Shown one piece after another: positions 32,047 to 42,547 of a stretch of 64,000 nt of DNA. The DNA comes from Nitrososphaeraceae archaeon. GTDB lineage: Archaea > Thermoproteota > Nitrososphaeria > Nitrososphaerales > Nitrososphaeraceae. The notes beneath the pieces were generated by a model, which worked only from the letters and a program-made list of their open reading frames with translations, did not search any database and was not told the DNA's origin. A program made the translations under genes and the position numbers. The stretch's first letter is position 1. Every line of letters begins with the position of its first letter. Location of the stretch: the NCBI GenBank assembly GCA_035250975.1, contig DATFEP010000013.1, forward strand, positions 1 through 64,000, read 5' to 3'.

Positions 32047-32391
32047 CTAAATTGCCAAATCTGATTCTTTTCTGCTTCCTATATCATAAGCGTCATGAAC
32101 GTCATATACGAATATTTTTCCATCAGAGACAGACCCTGTACTGAGCTTTTCTATTATTGCATCAACTAATGGTTTAGCTATTTCATCTTTTACTAGTACA
32201 TCAATTCTAGTACGAGTTCCAAATTTTGGAGTATACACCATCACTCCCCTACCGACAGGAACAGGGCCCCACTTAGTCTTACCTCGACCGTTGACATGAA
32301 GAAAAGACATTCCACCAACATTGAACTTTTCGAGAATGGAATCTGCTTCGTTTAAACGTTCATGTGGTATTATTATTTCTAACTTTTTCAT
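32047..32391 (-). CDS. glnB: PII nitrogen regulatory protein
   Basis: MKKLEIII, VGGMS..V.GRG, STGSVSDGKIFVYDV. Confidence 0.9.
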   Translation of the reverse strand: MKKLEIIIPHERLNEADSILEKFNVGGMSFLHVNGRGKTKWGPVPVGRGVMVYTPKFGTRTRIDVLVKDEIAKPLVDAIIEKLSTGSVSDGKIFVYDVHDAYDIGSRKESDLAI

Positions 32392-32467
32392 AAATATGTA
32401 TAAAAATAATCTTATAAAAATATAGATCTGAATAATTCTTTGGGATTACAGAGTATATCGGCAATAC

Positions 32468-33223
32468 CTATTTTGCAGACATCCCGCCATCTATATCAAG
32501 TTCTGCTCCTGTAACCCATTTTGAATCATTTGAACACAGATATATGACTGCATTAGAGATATCAGAGGGGTCTCCAATTGTTCCCAAGGGAAATGATGAT
32601 ACTAGAGTTTTTCTAGCGTTTTCATCACTCATGTATGGTTCTAAAAATGGCGATCTTATGGAAGAGGGAACAATACAATTACACCGGATTCCGTATTCTC
32701 CATACTCTACAGCTACATGTTTTGTAAATGATATCAATCCACCTTTTGTAAGGCCATAGATTGAAAGAGGAACTCCGGAAATGGCCCTGGTTCCTAACGT
32801 TGAAGAAATGTTTACAATGTTACCGGATTTTTTTTCCATCATTATAGGCAATACGCATTTTGTCATATGCAAAGTTCCTATTATATTAACTTCGATCAAA
32901 CTCATCCACAGATCTTGATCAGTTTTGTGGAAAGGTTCGGGATCATTTATTATTCCTGCATTGTTAATCAAAATATCTATGGTATTGAAATTATTGGTGG
33001 TTTGTTCAATAATGTTTAGTACGTCCCCCTCCTTGCTAATATCTGAAGGCAGAGGTAAAAGATCATCCTTTTTTCCAATTTCCTCTACTAAGCTGTTTAA
33101 TTTTTTGCTATTTTTGCCCACAAGAACAACTTTACAACCTTCTAATACAAGTTTTTTAGTAATATCTCTACCAACAGTTCCACTCGCTCCTGTGACTATT
33201 GCAACCTTATCTTGTAATTTCAA
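32468..33223 (-). CDS. Short-chain dehydrogenase/reductase (FabG-like)
   Basis: TGASGTVG, NNAG, YGLTK, IDGG. Confidence 0.92.
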   Translation of the reverse strand: MKLQDKVAIVTGASGTVGRDITKKLVLEGCKVVLVGKNSKKLNSLVEEIGKKDDLLPLPSDISKEGDVLNIIEQTTNNFNTIDILINNAGIINDPEPFHKTDQDLWMSLIEVNIIGTLHMTKCVLPIMMEKKSGNIVNISSTLGTRAISGVPLSIYGLTKGGLISFTKHVAVEYGEYGIRCNCIVPSSIRSPFLEPYMSDENARKTLVSSFPLGTIGDPSDISNAVIYLCSNDSKWVTGAELDIDGGMSAK

Positions 33224-33756
33224 TAATTAATACTACCTCCCATTTTGGATATATTATCATATATTCTAATCTTACGGATCTCATAATTAGTATTTAAACA
33301 AAAACCGAAAATATTCGATACTTTCCTTAAAAGTAATAAGTATTATGATAGATATTTGTATTTTTTTCTGTTTTAAATTAAAAATGTTGAACAGATTAAA
33401 ATGAAACTCCATTTGAAAGGTGATGATTGATAACTCTTGTCACACTATCTCTTAAAAGGACGAGAGAAAATCCAAAAAAGTTGTATAAGATTTCTTTTTT
33501 TGAAGGATTTTGTTAGTTTAGGCTCTAGTTGAATGTAATCTCAGATTCATGTATATACTCCTGTATTCATCTATGGTATCTCATTAATTTTTTAAAATAG
33601 AATATCGGTATAGAAAATTGATCTTGTTATACAAAAAAATTTTATAATTAAAATCTAGAATATTCTTACTTTAAATCTGAATCTAAAGATATTTTTTTTG
33701 TAGGAAAATAAAAGAATAAATAAATTTTTTAAATAATTAAAATAAAGATATTAAAA

Positions 33757-34746
33757 ATGAAATCCTTGGAACTAATGGAAAAAGAAATCAGCCTTCAGGT
33801 TTCGGAAATTTCTAAAATTAAAAAAATGCCTAAAATTAATAATTTCAATAAGTGTATAATAGTTGGCTCTGGAGATTCGTACGTTGCAGGATTAATATTT
33901 AGTTACCTAACAAATTTTGATTCAGTATGTATCGATCCAGCTGACTTAATAATCAATCCTTCAATAAGTAAAGATAAAATTGTTTATATAATTTCCATTT
34001 CTGGTAAAACTGAACAGAATATACTTGTTGCACAAAAGATAAAAAAATACTGTAAGCAAACTATAGCAATAACAAGTAATCCGGACAGCCAATTGGCTAG
34101 GAATTGTGATCGAGTAATTAATCTGAACTATAAAAATTTAGATACTCCTACTTCAGGAACTTTAAGTTTTATTGTCAGCATGGTAACTTGTGTCTATCTA
34201 TTGCAAGGATCGTATAGTATTAGTAATATAAAAGAGATATATGAAAAATCCAAAAGAAAAGCAAAAGTTTTGGTATCTAAAACTAAGTGTTCATCTACTT
34301 CACATGAAAATAATTCTATAATTTTTCTGGGAAATTCTATTTTGTATCCTATAGCCATGTATGGGTCTTTAAAGGTTAATGAAGTTCTGGGGTGGAAGTC
34401 TTTTGCCTATTCACTTGAGAATTTCTGTCATGCACCATTGTTCCAGATTACAGAAAATGATTCTATTATCATTCTTTCCTCCAAAAGACACAGTCTTTAT
34501 GAAAAAGAAAAGAAATTAGAAAGATCACTCAAAAAGAGGATGATAGAAACATTCATGATTGAAATTCCTGATTATAAAGATATGAAAATATTATTGATGG
34601 CAACTTTCATTGTACAACTGTTTATAATAGGATTGGCCAAGAAACTCGGACTAGAAAATTGTAATTTTTTAGAAAACACCGAAATGCTCAAAATTAGTTC
34701 AGAGTTAATTTACGATACTAGTAAACGCAGAAAAAAATCTTTTTAA
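33757..34746 (+). CDS. Double SIS-domain sugar-phosphate isomerase-like protein
   Basis: VGSGDSY, ISISGKT, LKVNEV, ENFCHAP. Confidence 0.85.
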   Translation: MKSLELMEKEISLQVSEISKIKKMPKINNFNKCIIVGSGDSYVAGLIFSYLTNFDSVCIDPADLIINPSISKDKIVYIISISGKTEQNILVAQKIKKYCKQTIAITSNPDSQLARNCDRVINLNYKNLDTPTSGTLSFIVSMVTCVYLLQGSYSISNIKEIYEKSKRKAKVLVSKTKCSSTSHENNSIIFLGNSILYPIAMYGSLKVNEVLGWKSFAYSLENFCHAPLFQITENDSIIILSSKRHSLYEKEKKLERSLKKRMIETFMIEIPDYKDMKILLMATFIVQLFIIGLAKKLGLENCNFLENTEMLKISSELIYDTSKRRKKSF

Positions 34747-35070
34747 ATGACGATAAAAATTAATCGAACAGAATAAGGAATTATAATTTACAAGACCAAT
34801 CTGATAGATTTGAATTCATTTTGAGGTCTAATTTTGCGAGATTATAGTATCTGTATTGAATATAAACAAAAAAAAGTAATTATGGTTAATAATGATGATT
34901 TGATTTTTTTGGAGATCGATCGAGTATTGTTAAAGAAATTCTAATAATCTTCATACCTCTTTAAAACAGCTAAAGTTAATGTCTCGTTTCCATGAAATCG
35001 CTTTAAATCTACTTTAAATGCAATAACTGTTTCATAGAAATTAAATAAGAAGGAGATACATAATTGATAG

Positions 35071-35637
35071 TTGGATATTTACGGATATTATAGTATTCTT
35101 GGATTAACTATGGATTCAGATAGCATTGAAATAAAAAAAACTTATAGAAAGCTAGTCAAAAAATATCATCCAGATAAGAACTCTGGAAAAGAGTACGATT
35201 TGGAAATGATAAAAAAAATCAATATCGCCTTTGAAGTTTTATCTGACAATAATAAGAGGGGTTTTTATGATAAATTATGTCTTGAAATAGAAAATAATGA
35301 AATTGTTAATGATTTTAATTTAGGTACCAATCTAGAAAATGAAAAAACAGTTTTAGATAACGAACCTAATGACAATTCAAAAAAATATGGTCCAATAAAG
35401 AAAAAGTCAAGGTTTAATATATTAATAGAACCTTCTTTGTGTATGGCATTTGGCAGTTGTGAGATTCTAGCTCCTCATGTGTTCATTGTTGAAAAGAATA
35501 AGATGATTAATCCTAAAGCAGTAGTGATATCTGAATCTGGAGATGATTTTGAAAACATATTAGATGCAGCGCAGACTTGTCCTACAAAAGCAATAAAAAT
35601 TATTGATAAATTAACAGGAAGACAAATTTTCCCTTGA
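35071..35637 (+). CDS. DnaJ J-domain/ferredoxin fusion protein
   Basis: YYSILG..KKYHPDKN; C-terminal CMAFGSCEILAP..AAQTCPTKAI. Confidence 0.92.
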   Translation: MDIYGYYSILGLTMDSDSIEIKKTYRKLVKKYHPDKNSGKEYDLEMIKKINIAFEVLSDNNKRGFYDKLCLEIENNEIVNDFNLGTNLENEKTVLDNEPNDNSKKYGPIKKKSRFNILIEPSLCMAFGSCEILAPHVFIVEKNKMINPKAVVISESGDDFENILDAAQTCPTKAIKIIDKLTGRQIFP

Positions 35638-35709
35638 TATAGAAAATTCTTATGTAAGTTCTTACGTTAAAGTATAAAGTTATTCATTTAAAAGAAAGAG
35701 TAAAAAGAT

Positions 35710-36573
35710 ATGTCACGGTTTTTAATTTTTTCTGATATTGACAATACCCTCGTACAATCATATATAGCAAGGAATAGAGAAATGATTCATTCAGACGGCT
35801 ATGGAGACATTAAAAAAGTTATTAAGATTCTTTCAGAGAATCAAATTCCTCTAGTATTATGTTCAACTAAAACTAGAAAAGAACAAGACAAAATAAGAAA
35901 TGACCTAGATATAGTTGATCCCTATATTGTAGAAAATGGAGGTGCAATTATTGTTCCAAAAAACTATTTTCCGTTTAATCTTGATGAATTTGGTTTGGGA
36001 ACCAAAGAGATAGATGGAAATATGAATTTGGAATTGGGAAAATCCTATGAGCAAATAATAACAATCCTTAACGATATACGGAATAAGTTTCATATTAGAT
36101 TTAATTGTGTTTCTGATTTTTCAATTACCGAATTAGCCAATAAAGTTGGAATATCAGTGGAGGGTGCAACATTGATGGCGTCAAGGGAATATAGTGAAAC
36201 CATACTGGAGATAGAATCTGTCAATCGTGTGGAGTTGGAGAGGGCCCTAACTGAAAGAAACCTTATCATGGCTCAAGGTACCAGATATGTCACAGTCTCG
36301 GCGCGACACGACAAGGGATGTGCAGTTTCTATTCTAAAAAATCTTTTTTATAAAAAATATAGAAATGAAAAGATTCAAGTTATAGCTATTGGAGACGCTA
36401 TCAATGATATTACCATGTTTGAAAATGTCGATCAAGCTTTCCTAGTAAGGAATATTTTCAATCAATATACACCAATGGAAATTAACAATCTAACGAGAGT
36501 TAATGGGATAGCTCAAGATGGTTGGAAGGAAGTAGTATTGGGTCATATATTAGAGAGGAACTGGAAAAAATGA
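35710..36573 (+). CDS. mpgP: Mannosyl-3-phosphoglycerate phosphatase-like HAD IIB hydrolase
   Basis: FSDIDNTL, CSTKT, PYIVENG, REYSE, DKG, GDAINDITM. Confidence 0.82.
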   Translation: MSRFLIFSDIDNTLVQSYIARNREMIHSDGYGDIKKVIKILSENQIPLVLCSTKTRKEQDKIRNDLDIVDPYIVENGGAIIVPKNYFPFNLDEFGLGTKEIDGNMNLELGKSYEQIITILNDIRNKFHIRFNCVSDFSITELANKVGISVEGATLMASREYSETILEIESVNRVELERALTERNLIMAQGTRYVTVSARHDKGCAVSILKNLFYKKYRNEKIQVIAIGDAINDITMFENVDQAFLVRNIFNQYTPMEINNLTRVNGIAQDGWKEVVLGHILERNWKK

Positions 36574-39206
36574 GTGATCCCACTATTCATGTAGTTCCTC
36601 ATATGCATTATGATGCAGTATGGATATTGAATAAACAAGACTATTATTTTGTCAATATCGAGGTTATTTTAAAACAAGCCATAAATCTTATCAAAAAATC
36701 AGATTACAAATTTATCATTGAACAAACTTTTCTTTTGGAAAAAGTAGAAAAAGATTATCCTAATCTTTTCTCAGAAATAAGTGATCTAATAAGGGAAAAT
36801 AAAATGGAAATCGCTGGGGGTCAGTATTTACTCGCAGATACAATGGTTCCAAATGGAGAAGTGCTAATAAGAGAAATAATTGAAGGTAAAAAATTTGTAA
36901 AGGATAAATTAAATCAAGAGGTTCTAGTTGCTTATGGTGCTGATGAATTTGGATTTAATGCACAGTGGCCGCAGATTTTAAGAAGTGCAGGATACAAATA
37001 TTGTATATTCAGAAGGGGCATAGATAATTCAACGCCTTCTGAATTTTTTTGGCAAGGTCTTGATGGAACACAGATCCTGACTCATTGGATGCCATTAGGT
37101 TATAGGGCGGGATTGTTTTTAACAGATTTAGACAAATCTTACAAGAAATTAAAAAAACATTCTGCAACAAATCAAATCTTGATGCTTTCTGGAAGTGGGT
37201 CAACGCCACCACAACCAGAGTTAATCGATGCGATCGAAGATTGGAATAAAAAATCAGTTAATAAAGATGGAAAGTATACAAAACGACATAAGATGTCTAT
37301 TTCAACCCCTCTTCGATTTTTTAGAGAGTTAGAGAAACAAAACATCAAATTTATGACCAGAAAAGGGGAGATGTATTCAGGAAAATTTTCAGCAGTATAT
37401 CCTGAATGTACATCAACTCGTATGTGGATAAAACAAGGCACAAAAGAATTTGAAAACAGCATATTATTACTTGAGAGACTTGATGCAATTTCTTGGATGG
37501 TGAATATCCATGATGATAATATTTCAGATTTACTTTTAAAACACTGGAAAGAAATGCTATTTGTTGCCATGCATGATGTTTTGCCAGGAACAGGAGTAGA
37601 TGAAGTATACAAAGAAATAGGAGAAATATTTGATAATGCTAAGAAAAGCATTGGCAAGTCAATCCAAGAGTATCTGAAAAAATTATCTTTAAAAACGCCC
37701 AATAATAAGGATATTTTTATTTTTAATCCTCTATCATGGGAAGTGACTAACTGGACAGAACTAACTCTGGAATTCGATCAACAAGAAGTCATTGGGATTT
37801 CCGGACTAAAAGACGAGGATCAGAGCATAGAAATAGAAATTGTAGATTATTCTCTCTATCCAGATAACTCTTTAAAGAAAATAAAGATAGGATTTCTAAT
37901 TTCGATCCCCTCACTTGGATATAAAACCCTACAACTTGTTAGGTCAGATAAAATCAATTTGGAAACCATAGTTACTCATGATACGAATTTTAAAAATAAA
38001 GAGTATGATATTGAAATCAATAGAGAGAATGCTATAATCACAGTCTCAAAAATTAACAAGAATAACGAAAAAGTACATTATTTGACGGGAAATGAAATAT
38101 GTTTAGATGAAGAAATTGGAGATTTGTACTATCATAGAGAAAATTTGGGACTGCTAAAGTCTGAATCTGGAGAAGGAGTAAAATACGGAATATTCAACCC
38201 CGAAAAATACGAAGTAATAAATGGAAAATTTAAGACACATATAAAGTTTAAGAGTAAATATTATGCTTTAAGATGGCCATATAGATTTACCGAGAAATTA
38301 AAACCCATGCTCTTTAGACATGATTTCGTTGATATAGAAAAAGAAATTATAATTTACAAGAATTTAAATCGAATAGATTTTATAACCCATATTTTTGACA
38401 AACATCCTCATTCTAGATTGAGGGTTAAATTTGATACCCATATTAAATCCTCAAACTACTGGTGTGGGACACAATTTGGAGCTATCCAAAGAGATACTAA
38501 CTTATATTATAAAAGAAATGAACCCTATTGGTTTGAAAAACCATCTGGAGTTTTTCCATCATTTGAATGGGTTGATTATATTTCTGAAAAGAATAGCTCA
38601 AATGAAAAAATTGGGGTTAGCTTGCTACATCAAGGATTACCTTCTCATGAGGTCAGAGATAATATAATATACTTAACATTACTTAGGAGTATAATTTTAT
38701 TATCATCGGATGGAATAATGGGGCCATGTATTCCGACACCGGATGCAGCAGAAAGGAAACCCTATGTTTTCAGATATTCTATACTTCCCCACGAAAATGA
38801 TTGGAGAGAAGATGATATCTACAAACACGGGATGGAGATCAACATGCCTTTAATCCCAGTGCAGATAAAAAGAAGTAACAACAACGGAAATGGCCATTCC
38901 AACGGAGATAAAAATTTACAAAGTGGCACTTTATCAAATAGAGATTCTTTTCTGAAAATCGATAAGGAAAACGTAATTTTAAGTACTATAAAGTTAAGTG
39001 ATGATAGAAAAACAATAATTCTGAGGATATATGAAACAGAAGGTAAGAAAACTAGTGTAAAGGTCAAATTAGCTTTGAATGTAAAAGCGGCAGAAATAGT
39101 TGATTTAATGGGAAACAAAATTCAAGAAATAAAGAATATAGAAAATAATGAAATGAATATAGAAATTGATGCATTCAAAATTCTAACAATTAAGATATTT
39201 TCTTAA
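36570..39206 (+). CDS. GH38 alpha-mannosidase family protein (start corrected to ATG 36570; ATGA overlap with mpgP)
   Basis: HVVPHMHYDAVW, DEFGFNAQWPQIL, FFWQGLDG, MHDVLPGT, LTLLRS, LRIYETEG. Confidence 0.92.
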   Translation: MSDPTIHVVPHMHYDAVWILNKQDYYFVNIEVILKQAINLIKKSDYKFIIEQTFLLEKVEKDYPNLFSEISDLIRENKMEIAGGQYLLADTMVPNGEVLIREIIEGKKFVKDKLNQEVLVAYGADEFGFNAQWPQILRSAGYKYCIFRRGIDNSTPSEFFWQGLDGTQILTHWMPLGYRAGLFLTDLDKSYKKLKKHSATNQILMLSGSGSTPPQPELIDAIEDWNKKSVNKDGKYTKRHKMSISTPLRFFRELEKQNIKFMTRKGEMYSGKFSAVYPECTSTRMWIKQGTKEFENSILLLERLDAISWMVNIHDDNISDLLLKHWKEMLFVAMHDVLPGTGVDEVYKEIGEIFDNAKKSIGKSIQEYLKKLSLKTPNNKDIFIFNPLSWEVTNWTELTLEFDQQEVIGISGLKDEDQSIEIEIVDYSLYPDNSLKKIKIGFLISIPSLGYKTLQLVRSDKINLETIVTHDTNFKNKEYDIEINRENAIITVSKINKNNEKVHYLTGNEICLDEEIGDLYYHRENLGLLKSESGEGVKYGIFNPEKYEVINGKFKTHIKFKSKYYALRWPYRFTEKLKPMLFRHDFVDIEKEIIIYKNLNRIDFITHIFDKHPHSRLRVKFDTHIKSSNYWCGTQFGAIQRDTNLYYKRNEPYWFEKPSGVFPSFEWVDYISEKNSSNEKIGVSLLHQGLPSHEVRDNIIYLTLLRSIILLSSDGIMGPCIPTPDAAERKPYVFRYSILPHENDWREDDIYKHGMEINMPLIPVQIKRSNNNGNGHSNGDKNLQSGTLSNRDSFLKIDKENVILSTIKLSDDRKTIILRIYETEGKKTSVKVKLALNVKAAEIVDLMGNKIQEIKNIENNEMNIEIDAFKILTIKIFS

Positions 39207-39330
39207 TTGGTGTGGATAAATCGAATAAATAGGAATGGCATACATAGCAATGTGAACAATATTGTTATATTCTATCTATTTGTTACTTTAGTTATCTCCA
39301 ATTTCTGTTTTTAAATTTTAGATTGTTATA

Positions 39331-39570
39331 TTATTCATAGACTGGTGAATGACCTTGTATACTTTTACCTAAAACTTTTCTTCCTTTGTGTCTGGATTTC
39401 CTTGAATGAATCTTTTTTTCTATTCTCTTGTCAGATTTCTTTATGGACTTTTTTTCATTGTTCACAGATTTATTTTTCATATTATTTTGAATGTCCTCGC
39501 TAACAAAGGTATACTCTTCCTTACTATCTTCTTTCTTCATTATCCTAATTTCTTTTATTTTGTTATCCAT
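39331..39570 (-). CDS. Small basic hypothetical protein
   Basis: 79 aa, Lys-rich, directly downstream of the SelB-like gene. Confidence 0.5.
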   Translation of the reverse strand: MDNKIKEIRIMKKEDSKEEYTFVSEDIQNNMKNKSVNNEKKSIKKSDKRIEKKIHSRKSRHKGRKVLGKSIQGHSPVYE

Positions 39571-39606
39571 TTTAAACTCAATTTCTTTTATTTTCGCAAT
39601 TCTCTA

Positions 39607-40536
39607 TTAAGGCAACAATCCGTGGGCAATAATCCTGGTACTCTTACTATCCGGTTTTAGGATTAGAAATTTCTGGTTGTGATAATAAACTATTTGTTTC
39701 TCTAATAGCAATTTAATTTTGGAATCTTGAAATACGATTTTTACTGGTTTTATTTGTAATCCAAACGATATCAAATACGTTTGGTTTTGAGAAATTTCAT
39801 TTTTATAATACCTATTTCTTGAGAGATTTGGAACAATTAATTCAGAAGATGATACTTCTAATCCTTCTCCATCAGATATTATATCGCCGCGTTCTATTTC
39901 ATCTGGACTGACACCTTTGAGAGAAAGACCTACTCTTGCAGGACTTGATGCTTCGTTTACTGGATCATCATGCATCTGAATTGATTTAACCAAAATTTCT
40001 TTGTTTGAAGGTAGAATTTTTAATTTATCATAAATCTTTATACTACCTTGTTTGATAACACCCAGAATAACAGTTCCAACTCCTTTGACATCGAAGCTAT
40101 GATCAATTGGAATAATTAAATTCCCTTCATTAGATATTGGAGAAATATTATTGAGTTCTATTTTTAATGAATTAACATCATCAAGTATTCTGAAATTAGC
40201 TACCGTAGTATCTTTGATCATCTGTTGCAGTCTATCACGATCGACATCATAAGAATGAAGGATAAATCCCTCTGAAATTTGAAGTGAATCCAAGACAATA
40301 ATTTGTTCAGCAAAATACTTATCTAATGATTTAACATTTAAGACTACTAATTCGGTCATATTTATTACTTGAACAAGAGATTGTATTTTCTCAGGAAAAG
40401 TAATGGGGGAAACCCAAGTAAACACCTTATCGACCATTTTTTTGTCATATAGTGAAATATCAGACGTTGTACCGAGTTTACCTAGATCCTTTAGAATTTC
40501 GTGATCACCTAATACTGCAATATTTAGACTTTTCAA
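39607..40536 (-). CDS. SelB-like/EF-Tu domain II protein with a degenerate G domain
   Basis: IDHSFDVKGVGTVILG, VKSIQMHD, RVGLSLKG..RGD; no GxxxxGKT. Confidence 0.85.
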   Translation of the reverse strand: MKSLNIAVLGDHEILKDLGKLGTTSDISLYDKKMVDKVFTWVSPITFPEKIQSLVQVINMTELVVLNVKSLDKYFAEQIIVLDSLQISEGFILHSYDVDRDRLQQMIKDTTVANFRILDDVNSLKIELNNISPISNEGNLIIPIDHSFDVKGVGTVILGVIKQGSIKIYDKLKILPSNKEILVKSIQMHDDPVNEASSPARVGLSLKGVSPDEIERGDIISDGEGLEVSSSELIVPNLSRNRYYKNEISQNQTYLISFGLQIKPVKIVFQDSKIKLLLEKQIVYYHNQKFLILKPDSKSTRIIAHGLLP

Positions 40537-40608
40537 TGCTAAAAAAATATTATTTTATCAATAAAATTGTTTATAAAGTAACATATCAAGTATATCATAC
40601 GTACTATA

Positions 40609-40887
40609 GTGGTCGATAGAAAATCATTTCATGTTTTATTTCTGCCTTTACTTGCTTCCGGAATAGTAATAAGTACAGTAGGCATCATTTTGAAATTTCT
40701 GGGGGAAATGGTAGGTTCTGATGGAGAAGGTTTTTCAATAATCGGCGTAAGATTAATAATTGGAGGTGCCTTTACAATAATTATATCATTTTATGCTCAG
40801 TACTATCACGAGATTTCAAAATCACTACTCATACTCAAATTTGTTTTTATGAATTTCATAAAAAGACATGAACTATCAAGAAGATGA
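40609..40887 (+). CDS. Small membrane protein
   Basis: 92 aa, two hydrophobic helices. Confidence 0.55.
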   Translation: MVDRKSFHVLFLPLLASGIVISTVGIILKFLGEMVGSDGEGFSIIGVRLIIGGAFTIIISFYAQYYHEISKSLLILKFVFMNFIKRHELSRR

Positions 40888-40985
40888 AACATCGATCAAG
40901 AAAATTAAAACAATACTAAATAATAAATGCATTATTTTAATTTGTTAAAAGTTAAGCTTTTATATTTTATAGGTATAGAAAAAAC

Positions 40986-41276
40986 ATGTCCCAACTAAGT
41001 GATGAAAAGAAGGTCCATGTAATTGTTCACGGAAATAGACAAATTTACGAACAAGTAAAGAATATGTTGATAGAAAACAATGTTAAATCTGAGAATATAA
41101 CTATGGCTTCTCTAGACAAAGCAGGTGAAATAGGAGAATACGTAGCAATGGTTTGGCCTCCAATGAATGCAAAGGAGATTATAATTAGTGAAATTGTTGG
41201 TGATCAGGCAGAGGGAAAAGGAATGGGAGCATGGGCATCGATAGATCAAAGAGAATTATTTAGGCTATCTTTATAA
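40986..41276 (+). CDS. Hypothetical protein
   Basis: 96 aa, ATG preceded by a TATA-like element, followed by a T-rich tract. Confidence 0.75.
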   Translation: MSQLSDEKKVHVIVHGNRQIYEQVKNMLIENNVKSENITMASLDKAGEIGEYVAMVWPPMNAKEIIISEIVGDQAEGKGMGAWASIDQRELFRLSL

Positions 41277-41363
41277 CTTGATTTTTTCCAAAATTTCTTT
41301 ATCCAATTAGTTTTAATTTATCTCTATATACTACTTTATTATAATAGGAAGAGGCGAAAAGAT

Positions 41364-42305
41364 ATATCGATTGAACAAAAGCAAACAGTACTCAACTTAC
41401 ATAAATCTGGAATACCGATAGAGGTAATTGCACTACAGACTGACCTAGACACACAAGAGATACTAAATATAATAAAATCAGAAGAAAAAAGAGTCACTGA
41501 ACAAACTTTAAATTTGACTCCTACATTGGCAGAATTTTATCTTGATGCAGTAGTTGACGTGAACGAATTAATCAAGAAAGCGCAGACTAGAACTTGGTCT
41601 GCATTACAGGCAAAAGAGTTTAACATATCTCCTGATGACTCGAGATATATTCTAGAAAAATATCTCGAATCAAAGATAAAACTTGTAATAATACATGTTG
41701 ATATAGTGGGATTTACAAAACTTTGTACGACATTATCTGCTAATAGGCTAGCAGACATTATTAGAGCTTTTACTCAGGAAATGTCAATTCTAATATGTTC
41801 CTATGGAGGATATGTCTTAAAATTTGTGGGAGATGCCGTTTTAGGATTTTTTATGGTTAAGACAGGAGGTAGGGATGAAGAAAAGATACCGTGCGTAAAC
41901 GCCTTAAATTGTGCTTTAGCAATGATGAAAGTTATCAAACATGGAATCAATCCTATTTTAAGCCAATACGATTATTCAGAAATACACGTAAGAATTGCAG
42001 TAGATGTTGGGGAAAATGCTGTTGTACAATATGGATGGGAGAAAACTGTTATTAACACCCAAAATGAAAAATTTGAAGTAAAAAAACCCATTATTGATAT
42101 TTTAGGTTATACAATAAGTATTGCAGTTAAAATGACTTCATTGGCAGAGCCTGACCAAGTTGTGATGGGACAGATGGTGTTTGATGTGGTCGATGAAAAC
42201 CAAAAAAACAAGTTTAAGGAATTACCAATCAGTACTGAAGTGTGGAACTACATATCGAGTACCACTGGGAATATTTACCGGATCTATGGAAGTAAGAGAG
42301 AATAA
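41364..42305 (+). CDS. Class III adenylate/guanylate cyclase with a probable N-terminal HTH (start uncertain; ORF track gives TTG 41514)
   Basis: HVDIVGFT, LKFVGDAV, VRIAVDVG, DILG..I.IA.K. The upstream in-frame sequence is open and HTH-like. Confidence 0.85.
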   Translation: MSIEQKQTVLNLHKSGIPIEVIALQTDLDTQEILNIIKSEEKRVTEQTLNLTPTLAEFYLDAVVDVNELIKKAQTRTWSALQAKEFNISPDDSRYILEKYLESKIKLVIIHVDIVGFTKLCTTLSANRLADIIRAFTQEMSILICSYGGYVLKFVGDAVLGFFMVKTGGRDEEKIPCVNALNCALAMMKVIKHGINPILSQYDYSEIHVRIAVDVGENAVVQYGWEKTVINTQNEKFEVKKPIIDILGYTISIAVKMTSLAEPDQVVMGQMVFDVVDENQKNKFKELPISTEVWNYISSTTGNIYRIYGSKRE

Positions 42306-42547
42306 ATAAAATATTTATTCAACTGGTTAAAATATAGCTAGGATTTCAGTTCGTAATTATTTATACAAATATAGAATTTTTGATAAGATAATGACTAGTT
42401 AAAACAAGTATGCAAGAGAAAATTGAAAACCAGTACTGCATGAATAAAACAATTTAAGGAAAAACCAGATATTAAAAATCTTTATTCAAGACATAAAAGG
42501 TATTATATTTGTATATTATATATACCTAGTCATCATAAATATTAAAA

